Shown here piece after piece: positions 26,913 through 35,411 of a stretch of DNA of 64,000 bases. The position numbers and the translations under genes were made by a program. Source of the DNA: Candidatus Magasanikiibacteriota bacterium (GTDB taxonomy: Bacteria > Patescibacteriota > Patescibacteriia > Magasanikbacterales > GWA2-37-8). The notes below the pieces were generated by a model. That model worked only from the letters and a program-made list of their open reading frames with translations. It was not told the DNA's origin and did not search any database. Within the stretch, counting starts at the first letter, position 1. Every line of letters starts with the position of its first letter. Location of the stretch: assembly GCA_046590235.1 (NCBI GenBank), contig JBKJTY010000035.1, forward strand, positions 14,722-78,721. Reading direction: 5' to 3'.

Positions 26913-28666
26913 AATCATCGTTTGTCATAACTATCGGCGGGGAAGCAGGCTTTGGTATTATGTCAGCCGGTTTAACGCTTGCAAAAATTGCCACCCGCTC
27001 AGGTTTTAGTTCATTTGGCTACGCAGAATATCCTTCAATTGTTCGTGGAGGATACAACGTCATGCATATTGCTGTTGGGGCTGAAGTTCGCGCGCCAAAA
27101 AAGTCTGTCGACTTTCTCATTGCCTTAAATCAAGAATCAATTAAACAAAACGCAGCAATTTTAGAACATGATGCCTGTGTTATTTTTGACGCTGACCAAA
27201 AAATTACTACGACGACACTAGCTCCGAGTATTGAAAAAATTCCAGTTCCATTTAACCGTTTTGCTAAAGAAATTGGTGGAAGTATTTTGATGCGCAACAC
27301 CGTCGCGCTCGGGGCGTTAGTAGCGCTTGCAGGTGGAGACTTAGAAATTCTCAAAGAATTAATTGATGAAGAATTTGCAACCAAGAAAAAAGATGTTGCT
27401 GTCCGTAATAAAAAATGTGCCGAAGCTGGTTATAATTATGTCAAAAAAGAATTTGCTTCGTTGATAAGAACTGATCTAAAACCTTTCAGTAAAAAAACAG
27501 AACGCTTGGTCATGACTGGTAATGACGCCATTGCACTCGGAGCAATTGCTGCCGGTATGCAATTTGCGGCGATTTATCCAATGACCCCAACATCAAACAT
27601 TCTCCATATTCTTGCTCCACACCAAGAAGAATTTGGGTATATTTACAAACAACCAGAAGATGAAATTTCTGCATTAACTATGGCCATTGGTGCATCGTTT
27701 GCTGGTGCTCGTTCAATGGTGGCGACAGCCGGTGGGGGCTTTTGTCTCATGACTGAAGGCTACGGACTGGCTGCTATGACCGAAACACCTGTTGTGATCG
27801 TCGTAGGGATGCGCGGTGGGCCGGCAACCGGCCTTCCCACATGGACTGAACAAGGTGATCTACAATTCATACTGCACGCGCATCAAGGCGAATTTCCACG
27901 CATCGTGCTCGCTGCTGGAGATCTTGAGGAAGCCTTTTCGCTTACCATGGATTCTTTTAATCTGGCAGAAAAATATCAAACACCGGTTATTGTACTTGTT
28001 GATAAACATCTCTGTGAGAGTTTTGCCTCAACCAAACCATTTGCGTATGGTAAATACAGTATTGAACGCGGAAAAACGTTGCTCAAATACCAAGAAAATT
28101 ATCCACGTTACGCCTTTGCTGATGATGGAATTTCACCGCGCGCTTTTCCAGGCAGCGGTAATCACATCTTGGCAAACTCCGATGAACACAATGAACGAGG
28201 GTTTACTGATGAAAGCAGTAAAAACCGTATTCATATGATGGATAAACGCATGAAAAAATTGGAAACGTGCGCTAGAGTAGAAATGCCTGAACCAATAATG
28301 TATGGGCCTAAAAATGCTGATTTAACAATTGTTTCCTGGGGAAGTAATAAGGGTGTCATTCTCGACGCAATACAAAAGTACGACAATGTAAATTATCTCC
28401 ATATCACTTGGATGAACCCGTTTCCAACAGCCTTTGTAAAAAAGATTTTGGCAGGAAGTGAGCGCATCATGATTATGGAATGTAATTACAACGGACAGCT
28501 CGACCAACTTATCCAAGAAAAAACCGGCGTAATCATTAAAGAAAAATGGTTCAAATACGACGGCCGCCCATTCTTTGTTGAAGAAGTTATAGAAAAAGTA
28601 AATTCTCTTTTAGCACAACCGTATGGCATTGCCATTCCAAAACAAACTAGAAATAAAGTCGCCTAG
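26909..28666 (+). CDS. 2-oxoacid:ferredoxin oxidoreductase subunit alpha (fused gamma-alpha)
   Basis: POR-gamma-like N-terminus (ITIGGEAGFGIMSAGLTLAKIA) followed by alpha domains. The ATG overlaps the acd stop as ATGA. Confidence 0.75.
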   Translation: MKSSFVITIGGEAGFGIMSAGLTLAKIATRSGFSSFGYAEYPSIVRGGYNVMHIAVGAEVRAPKKSVDFLIALNQESIKQNAAILEHDACVIFDADQKITTTTLAPSIEKIPVPFNRFAKEIGGSILMRNTVALGALVALAGGDLEILKELIDEEFATKKKDVAVRNKKCAEAGYNYVKKEFASLIRTDLKPFSKKTERLVMTGNDAIALGAIAAGMQFAAIYPMTPTSNILHILAPHQEEFGYIYKQPEDEISALTMAIGASFAGARSMVATAGGGFCLMTEGYGLAAMTETPVVIVVGMRGGPATGLPTWTEQGDLQFILHAHQGEFPRIVLAAGDLEEAFSLTMDSFNLAEKYQTPVIVLVDKHLCESFASTKPFAYGKYSIERGKTLLKYQENYPRYAFADDGISPRAFPGSGNHILANSDEHNERGFTDESSKNRIHMMDKRMKKLETCARVEMPEPIMYGPKNADLTIVSWGSNKGVILDAIQKYDNVNYLHITWMNPFPTAFVKKILAGSERIMIMECNYNGQLDQLIQEKTGVIIKEKWFKYDGRPFFVEEVIEKVNSLLAQPYGIAIPKQTRNKVA

Positions 28667-29510
28667 CGATTTAAATTCACCCGAAGTCTGTACGTGGTGC
28701 CCTGGTTGTGGTGACCTGGCTATTTGGGCTGCTTTCAAACAAGCGGCAGTCGAAGCAGGTTGGGATAATACCAACACCGCGCTTGTTGCCGGCATTGGTT
28801 GTCACGGACACATTGTAAACTTTCTTAAAATGACCAGTTTCGAAGGCCTGCACGGACGTGCACTTCCCGTTGCTGCTGGTATCAAAATGGCAAACCACGA
28901 TCTCAACGTTTTTGTTTTCACTGGTGACGGCGATTGTCTGGCTGAAGGCGGTAATCATTTCATGCATGCTGCAAGGCGCAACCACGACATGACCGTTATT
29001 TTGCATGACAACGCCATCTATGGCCTCACCACTGGTCAAACATCACCTCGCTCACCAAAAGGTTTTGTTTCTAAATCAACTCCTGAAGGCAACCTTGAAG
29101 AACCAATCCACCCACTTCGTTTAGCCTTTGCTGCTGGCGCTACTTTTTTAGCACGTTGTTATGCTGGCGACATTCCACGCTTAGTTGAGCTCATGAAATT
29201 AGCAGAGCAACATAAAGGTTTTGCCGTGCTCCAAGTTTTGCAGCCGTGTGTCACATTCAACAAATTATACACGCACCAGTTTTATCAAGAAAATATTTAC
29301 GAATTACCAGTTGAGTACGATCGCACTGATAAGACGGCAGCTTTTGGTAAACTACAAGAGTGGGGGATGAAGCAAATTCCTGTTGGTATTTTCTATCAAG
29401 TCGACGAACCAACGTTCGAAGGACAGGTTCCGCAACTCAAAAAACAAACACTCGTCAAAGGTGGTCCGAAAAAAAGAACGATTACGGATTTGTATAAAAA
29501 TTATCGCTAG
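28623..29510 (+). CDS. 2-oxoacid:ferredoxin oxidoreductase subunit beta (TPP-binding)
   Basis: GCHGHIVNF and GDGDCLAEGGNHFMHAARRN (TPP/Mg site); Cys residues for the Fe-S cluster (CTWCPGC). Confidence 0.75.
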   Translation: MALPFQNKLEIKSPSDLNSPEVCTWCPGCGDLAIWAAFKQAAVEAGWDNTNTALVAGIGCHGHIVNFLKMTSFEGLHGRALPVAAGIKMANHDLNVFVFTGDGDCLAEGGNHFMHAARRNHDMTVILHDNAIYGLTTGQTSPRSPKGFVSKSTPEGNLEEPIHPLRLAFAAGATFLARCYAGDIPRLVELMKLAEQHKGFAVLQVLQPCVTFNKLYTHQFYQENIYELPVEYDRTDKTAAFGKLQEWGMKQIPVGIFYQVDEPTFEGQVPQLKKQTLVKGGPKKRTITDLYKNYR

Positions 29511-29513
29511 CCT

Positions 29514-29981
29514 ATGCACGTGGTAATTATCTTCGCTACCAATTCAGGTTCGACCTATTTAGTAAGCAAGCGTTTAGAAAAGCTGCTTACTAAAAAACAT
29601 AGTGTTCGAGTGGTTGAAGTAAAAAATGTCATTATCAATGATGTTGCTAACGCTGACTTAGTTATTTTCGGATCTCCAAGTTGGGATTTCGAAGGTCGTG
29701 AAGGAATGCCCCACCAGATGATGCTCGCCTGCATGGAAAGAGTCCGGCCATACAAGTTCAATGGTAAGGCCGTTGCCGTCTTTGGTTGTGGCGACACCTC
29801 CTATACCTATTTCTGCGGGGCAGTCGATCAACTCGAAAAATTTGTCCATGAACAAGGTGGAACGCTTGTTATCCCATCTCTACGGATAGACGGTTACCAT
29901 TTTGACGAAAAAAGAGCGATTACACAGGTAGAAGACTGGGCAATGCACCTCCTCAAAATTAAACGCAGTGTAGAAACGTAA
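29514..29981 (+). CDS. flavodoxin
   Basis: VVIIFATNSGSTYLVSKRL (FMN phosphate-binding loop); 155 aa. Confidence 0.65.
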   Translation: MHVVIIFATNSGSTYLVSKRLEKLLTKKHSVRVVEVKNVIINDVANADLVIFGSPSWDFEGREGMPHQMMLACMERVRPYKFNGKAVAVFGCGDTSYTYFCGAVDQLEKFVHEQGGTLVIPSLRIDGYHFDEKRAITQVEDWAMHLLKIKRSVET

Positions 29982-30017
29982 TAAATGGCTATCTAAGCCA
30001 TTTTTTGCTTAAGAGCC

Positions 30018-30046
30018 TTGACAAAAGGCTCTTTTTATGTTATACT
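30018..30046 (+). promoter_or_regulatory. promoter TTGACA-N17-TATACT
   Basis: TTGACA at 30018-30023, TATACT at 30041-30046. Confidence 0.5.
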
Positions 30047-30069
30047 CATCTGTTTCCTATCGAAACGCA

Positions 30070-30113
30070 CTGGGGAGAAATGAGCTTATAGTATAAGGCT
30101 CATTTCTCCCCAG
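30070..30113 (+). promoter_or_regulatory. perfect 16-bp stem-loop in the 5' leader of the GC-rich ORF
   Basis: CTGGGGAGAAATGAGC-ttatagtataag-GCTCATTTCTCCCCAG, between the promoter and the start codon. Confidence 0.5.
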
Positions 30114-30146
30114 CACGTTACGGCGATGGGGCGCCAAGGGGACCAA

Positions 30147-30560
30147 ATGCAGTCTGTTGTGGGTACGTACTTCCGTCTTGCTCGTGAAAACGAGGTTATC
30201 GACGAAGACGGGTACTTCCACGGTTATATCTGCCAGATGGACCACGGCATCGAACTCGATCGAAGCCGACCGGTGTTCTCGATCGAGGCACTCAAGGAGT
30301 ACCTCGACAAGACCAACACCGTCGATACTGGCGAGTTCGTCGCGACCGCCCGGAAGCTCAAGTTTCCGGAAGAAAAGACGGCTCGCGATCTGTTCTATGA
30401 CGACATGTACGCCCTCGAGGAAGAAGGCGATCGCGTCCGGGCTAAGCGAGCTCTCCCGATGGAGAAGTTCATGAATCTCATGATCCTGGCCGGCCTGTCG
30501 GAACGCGAGCGGGTCGCGGCAAACCTCTTCGGAGGAAGCGCGCAGCACGCAGCCGCGTAA
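30147..30560 (+). CDS. hypothetical protein, GC-rich with foreign codon usage (alternative start at 30126)
   Basis: RBS AAGGGGA upstream of the 30147 ATG; G/C-ending codons; no recognisable motif. Confidence 0.45.
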   Translation: MQSVVGTYFRLARENEVIDEDGYFHGYICQMDHGIELDRSRPVFSIEALKEYLDKTNTVDTGEFVATARKLKFPEEKTARDLFYDDMYALEEEGDRVRAKRALPMEKFMNLMILAGLSERERVAANLFGGSAQHAAA

Positions 30561-30641
30561 TCAAGCGCCTAGTGTCATATGGTGTGAGTAATCGCAACCA
30601 GACCTAGTACTACCGCTCTGACAAGCACAACTTGTCGGAGC

Positions 30642-30672
30642 CCACCAAAAAGAACCCAATAATGGGTTCTTT
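30642..30672 (+). terminator. rho-independent terminator
   Basis: aaaaAGAACCCAataaTGGGTTCTtttt. Confidence 0.55.
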
Positions 30673-30813
30673 TTACGTTTATTGATTTCATAACTATTTT
30701 ATCTTTATTTTATCTAAATAGTAATGCTTCTCATATACACTCCATCAGTCTAAACGAGCCTTGCTGTGGCATGTCTGTTTATAAACCCTAACGCAATAAG
30801 GAGGAGTAATCGA

Positions 30814-31329
30814 ATGAAAGTCGTGAAAGGTCAAAGCCGATTGGTTATTATCTTTCCGATGCTCGGTATTGCAGTCAAATTTCCTCGCGTGTATGTAACT
30901 CAAGGACTACGTACTTTGCATCACCAAGTAAGTCGCGGTAGGTTTCAGAGAGCGTGGAAGCGAGGTATGCATTTGCCAGGCAGTATCCGCGGCCCATTTT
31001 TCCAGGGTGTCGTGATCAATTGGCATGAATTCCGGTTCTATCGGAATACTCGCCACACGTTCTTGCAGCCAACGTACTTCTCATTGTTTGGCTTCGTGAA
31101 TATCCAAAGGGCTGGGAAACCTTGCCTTGAAGATCCGCCGAAATTCTGGAATAAAATGCACTGTGTAATTGGTGATGCGTTGTTCATCGATCCACACCAT
31201 TTTGAAAATCCGGACAACTTCACGGTTGTTAACGGAAAACTCAAGATGCACGACTATGGGTGGGGCGATACGCAGCAGATCATCAAGGAGTACGGAAGAA
31301 GAATTGCCGATGAAGTTGCGCTCGGCTAG
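30814..31329 (+). CDS. hypothetical basic protein (171 aa)
   Basis: Strong RBS AAGGAGG 9 nt upstream of the ATG; no recognisable motif. Confidence 0.4.
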   Translation: MKVVKGQSRLVIIFPMLGIAVKFPRVYVTQGLRTLHHQVSRGRFQRAWKRGMHLPGSIRGPFFQGVVINWHEFRFYRNTRHTFLQPTYFSLFGFVNIQRAGKPCLEDPPKFWNKMHCVIGDALFIDPHHFENPDNFTVVNGKLKMHDYGWGDTQQIIKEYGRRIADEVALG

Positions 31330-31449
31330 TTAGGGGAATCAAAAGGAGGGGGGAACTCGCGGTGCGTACTCAATTGTACGCGCCGCTTGTATTTTTAACT
31401 ACTCTTTACTTTTGTAAAAGCTACGTAAATAAGGTATACTATACGCATT

Positions 31450-32520
31450 ATGAAGGAGGTAGTCTTGCACAAAGGAACATTCAAGAAAACTGCCACGGTC
31501 AGCCAGGCAGTTTTTATGATTACCGGACTCACTATTGGTGCTGGTGTTTTTGGTTTGCCGTACGCCATTGCCCAACTCGGATTAATTCCAGGCCTGTTAT
31601 TATTGCTTTTTATTGGCCTCATCATGCTCGGCATTAATTTGATGGTGGGTGAAATCACGCTTGCATCAGGTGATGAATTACAATTACCAGGACTCGCTGG
31701 AAAATATCTTGGTGGGTGGGCGAAGGCACTTATGTCGGGCGTTATTGTTATCAGTTGGTTTGGCACACTCCTCGCATATCTTGTTGGTGAGGGGCAAGCT
31801 CTCGCTGGTATTTTCGGCGGCAGTGAATTATTGTGGGGAATTATTTTTTGGTCATTAGCCAGCTTCATGCTGTGGGGCGGACTTTCCAGACTTAAAAAAA
31901 TAGATCAAATTATCAGCGCTGTTGTTATTCTTTTCCTTGTCGTCATTTCGCTCGCAATCATTCCGAACGCAACGGTCTTTAATGCGACATTATTTAATCC
32001 GGCAAATCTTTTTGCGCCAATTGGTGTTATTATTTTTGCGTTGCACGCTACCCCCGCAATCGCCGAAGTCCACGCGCTTGTCAGAAAACCTTCACTCTTC
32101 AGGCGTGCTATTATTTGGGGAACAGCTATTCCGGTAGCAGTGTACATGCTTTTTGTTGCGGCAGTCGTGCTCGTCACGGGTACGTTCACCACTGAAGTGG
32201 CAACTATCGGTATTGGTACAGCGTTTGGTCCATTCGCAAGTATCATCGCCAACCTCGTCGCCATTCTTGCCATGTTAACGTGCTATTTGGGATTAGGGAA
32301 CGCGCTCCAGGAAACATTCACCTGGGATCACGCCATCAGCGAACGACTTTCTTTAATGCTCGTTATCACTATCCCGCTCATGTTGTTTTTACTTGGCTTC
32401 AGAAATTTCATCCTTATCCTCAATGTTGTCGGTGGCGTCTTTATCGCTATCGAGATCTGTCTCTTGGTTCTCATCTACCTGAAAATGCGACATCAGCAAC
32501 ATAAAAAAACTCTCCGGTAA
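31450..32520 (+). CDS. amino-acid permease (Aa_trans/HAAAP-like, about 11 TM)
   Basis: TATVSQAVFMITGLTIGAGVFGLPYAIAQLG, typical of Trp/Tyr/Ser-type permeases. Confidence 0.55.
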   Translation: MKEVVLHKGTFKKTATVSQAVFMITGLTIGAGVFGLPYAIAQLGLIPGLLLLLFIGLIMLGINLMVGEITLASGDELQLPGLAGKYLGGWAKALMSGVIVISWFGTLLAYLVGEGQALAGIFGGSELLWGIIFWSLASFMLWGGLSRLKKIDQIISAVVILFLVVISLAIIPNATVFNATLFNPANLFAPIGVIIFALHATPAIAEVHALVRKPSLFRRAIIWGTAIPVAVYMLFVAAVVLVTGTFTTEVATIGIGTAFGPFASIIANLVAILAMLTCYLGLGNALQETFTWDHAISERLSLMLVITIPLMLFLLGFRNFILILNVVGGVFIAIEICLLVLIYLKMRHQQHKKTLR

Positions 32521-32524
32521 AGCC

Positions 32525-32599
32525 TGTCATTCCCGCGCAGGCGGGAATCCAGTATACCAACGATATGTGTCCTGGATTCCCGCCTACGCGGGAATGACA
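32525..32599. terminator. large inverted repeat (28-nt arms, each with an internal palindrome); bidirectional terminator/cruciform between convergent genes
   Basis: tgtcattcccgcgcaggcgggaatccag ... ctggattcccgcctacgcgggaatgaca. Confidence 0.55.
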
Positions 32600-32630
32600 A
32601 AACAAAAAATCCCTCGTTGAGAGAGGGATT

Positions 32631-32984
32631 TTACATCGTCGGAGTTGTCGTGTCGGTAGTAGTGTCAGCGAGGTCGCCAGTTGGCGGCTTCACTGATTTC
32701 GGGTTAGGGGAGTAGAGGGGGTTCTTAATCTTCCAGCGGTCAATGAATTGGCCGATGCCCTTCTTCGCCAACTTGTTCTTAACAGTCGTATGGCGCTGGG
32801 ACCATTTAACCAAACTTTCAAAATTAAGCTTATAACGACCGGAGACCACCACGTAGGTCACTTCCTGGGAAGCAATCGCACGGCGAATCGTCTGGTTGTT
32901 CACGCCAAAGAGGCGAGCCGCTTCAGAGACTGAAACGCGGATAATTTCCTTAGATTCTGGCTTATTTAGCGGGTCTTCGTTCAT
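32631..32984 (-). CDS. HTH DNA-binding protein (excisionase/MerR-like HTH_17) with a T-rich C-terminal tail
   Basis: VSEAARLFGVNNQTIRRAIA helix-turn-helix. The start is chosen at the internal Met; the ORF is open to 33008. Confidence 0.45.
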   Translation of the reverse strand: MNEDPLNKPESKEIIRVSVSEAARLFGVNNQTIRRAIASQEVTYVVVSGRYKLNFESLVKWSQRHTTVKNKLAKKGIGQFIDRWKIKNPLYSPNPKSVKPPTGDLADTTTDTTTPTM

Positions 32985-33271
32985 AGATGTATACAGTAGA
33001 CTACACAAATTATAGCACGATTTACCCCTTTTGTCAATGCCGGCTATAAGTAGTGCTACTCATTTGTCTACACTAGTGTATACAAAAAACATAATTTTTT
33101 ACAAGGTGAGACAGTCAAAAATGCGCTAAAGCTAGAGTAGAACGCCCGCTTCGGGTCTAAGGTTTGACCAAATCGACGTTTTATGGTACTATAATGCCTA
33201 TCCAAAGAGTGTCACAAAAGCTCTTTGAATGGTCAAAGTGTAACACTTTAAACCTTTTCACGTCTTCTAGG

Positions 33272-33817
33272 ATGCTAGAAAAAATCGCGGACAAACTACT
33301 GCTGTACCGGCTGCAAGTGAAACAGGATCCTGAAGCCTACGCTAAGCTATACGATGCTTATGTTAAACAAATCTACCGGTTTGTTTATTTTAAGGTTTCG
33401 TCGCATGAAGAGGCGGAGGACATCACTTCAGAAGTGTTTTTGAAAGCGTGGCACTATATACAAGAAAAAAAGGAAATTAAGAGTTTCAGTGGTTTGCTCT
33501 ACCGCATAGCGCGTAACGCAATCATTGATTTATATCGGTCGAAAGCGACCAAGCCAGAGTCACGCCTAAATGAAGATGTAGAAGTGGGGGATGGTGGTAA
33601 ATGGTTTGCGGACATCAACACGAAAGTGGAGAGTCACCGCGTGATCGAAGCGATAAAAAAATTAAAACAAGAATACCAAGAGGTTTTGACCTTCCGGTAT
33701 GTCGATGAACTTGAAACGGGTGAGATTGCAGAAATTCTAGGAAAGAGCAACCTGACAGTCCGGGTGACGCTCCATCGAGCGGTTTCTAAATTAAAAATGT
33801 TACTAGAAAGTAAATAG
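33272..33817 (+). CDS. ECF-type sigma-70 family RNA polymerase sigma factor
   Basis: Region 2 (YRFVYFKVSSHEEAEDITSEVFLKAW) and region 4 (LTFRYVDELETGEIAEILGKSNLTVRVTLHRAVSKLK); 181 aa from the internal Met. Confidence 0.7.
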   Translation: MLEKIADKLLLYRLQVKQDPEAYAKLYDAYVKQIYRFVYFKVSSHEEAEDITSEVFLKAWHYIQEKKEIKSFSGLLYRIARNAIIDLYRSKATKPESRLNEDVEVGDGGKWFADINTKVESHRVIEAIKKLKQEYQEVLTFRYVDELETGEIAEILGKSNLTVRVTLHRAVSKLKMLLESK

Positions 33818-33831
33818 TATCGTATAAACGT

Positions 33832-35190
33832 ATGAGTAAGGACATTGTCCGACAACTCAAACAGTTAAAACATGACACGGTTAACCCACGAAGTGAGTGG
33901 GTTGCAACAAACCGTGCTCTTTTGCTTTCTCAGATTAAAAACACGCTTCCAGTAGAACCGGTCATCTCGACTGAGAAAAAGCTGGAAAAAATATGGGCAG
34001 CAATGGCTATTTTCTTACCTCGCCCTTTAGTGTATAATGTAGTTCGTCCAATCGGTGTCCTGTTACTCGTCAGTTTTGTAGCTACTAGTGCTTACTCAAG
34101 TACAGTGAAAGCTTCGTACGAGACTTTGCCAGGTGATTGGCTTTATCCAGCTAAACGCACAGCAGAACGTGCACAAGGAGCAGTAATCTCGCTCTTGGGT
34201 GACCAGAATACTGAAACAAAGTTTCATGTCAGTCTGGCACAACGTCGCGCTTCGGAAGTTAAGCAAATCATTGCCATAAACGATCCGGCAAAAGTTGCAA
34301 ACGTTGGCACAACGGTAGCCGAGCTCAAAAACGAATTGAATTCAATCAATACAAAGCTCGAACCCGGATTAAACACGATGCATGCGGATACTGCGAAAGA
34401 AGTAAAACAAAACACTGAAGCGATTAAAGATACGCTCCAGGATGTCAAAAATACTTTGTTACTCAGCTCATCAAGCACCAATAAAACATTGTTGCAGGTA
34501 GGAGAAACAAAAGATTTGGCTAAAGATATTTCAGTGAATGCCATGGAAGCCATGGTAGTAAAACATCTTGAAGGCGACAACACAGTCTCAAGACAAGATG
34601 TTAAAAATGCTCTTGATACTTCAATTGCTAATGTAGCAGTCGACGTACTCGCTTCCAAACAAACAGTTGATGGTGCGAAGACAATCGTAGACAGTGTCAA
34701 AACGCAAGTTACTGATTTAACAGGTGAAATAACAAAACAAAAAACTGAAAGTTCGCTCGCAACAACAACGCAAGCGTATAATCAGAAGTTAACCGATGCG
34801 GCTTCGCAAACAAAAGAAGCTTCCATCCAGACCGATCAAGTAACGGCAGCGGTTGATAAAAAAATCGATGAGGTGCGACAAGCGGTTAGTGATGATAATC
34901 TGACAAAAGCAATCGATAATCTCAAAGAAGCAAGTGAAGCAACAAAACAAGCTGAAAAAATTTCTGACACAACCATTTACACAACGCAGGCGGTACTCCC
35001 GATTGTACAGGTTATAAAAGATGCAACTGCGCTGGCTACCATTATCACTTCTTCCACTTTAAATGTATCGACTACAAAAGATATATTTTCTCTGGCTAGT
35101 ACGTCGCTCATGAGTCCGTTACTTAATGCGCCGATCAGTACTAGTACAAAGATGGTAAGTGAAAGTGTAAGTTCTACCGTTAAAAGATAA
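33832..35190 (+). CDS. putative anti-sigma factor / membrane-anchored coiled-coil protein
   Basis: One TM segment after ~60 aa, the motif ETLPGDWLYPAKR, and a long T/K/Q-rich helical region. It lies immediately downstream of the ECF sigma factor. Confidence 0.4.
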   Translation: MSKDIVRQLKQLKHDTVNPRSEWVATNRALLLSQIKNTLPVEPVISTEKKLEKIWAAMAIFLPRPLVYNVVRPIGVLLLVSFVATSAYSSTVKASYETLPGDWLYPAKRTAERAQGAVISLLGDQNTETKFHVSLAQRRASEVKQIIAINDPAKVANVGTTVAELKNELNSINTKLEPGLNTMHADTAKEVKQNTEAIKDTLQDVKNTLLLSSSSTNKTLLQVGETKDLAKDISVNAMEAMVVKHLEGDNTVSRQDVKNALDTSIANVAVDVLASKQTVDGAKTIVDSVKTQVTDLTGEITKQKTESSLATTTQAYNQKLTDAASQTKEASIQTDQVTAAVDKKIDEVRQAVSDDNLTKAIDNLKEASEATKQAEKISDTTIYTTQAVLPIVQVIKDATALATIITSSTLNVSTTKDIFSLASTSLMSPLLNAPISTSTKMVSESVSSTVKR

Positions 35191-35411
35191 CTACATAAGC
35201 TCATCTCTCTCGATGCATGCTCCTCGACATTCAGGATCAGCCACGGAGAGAGATGGTTTAAGTAAATCAAGTTAGGCTTAAAAGTCGATGATCACATAAG
35301 TGATTTGCCTAGCTATTAAGTCCTTTCTGTCGAAAGATGGAAAGCAACTCTCGTACGCTGACACTCTTTACTGAGTCGCGCAGTTAGTACAGAGTCTATT
35401 TATTATAAATT

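Noticed and set aside
28120-28215. Additional CUGAUGA heptamers (near 28127 and 28204; also near 54730) that could seed hammerhead motifs
   Set aside because: They lie inside conserved CDS with no flanking helix I/II hairpins and no correctly spaced GAAA/UH elements; they are chance occurrences.
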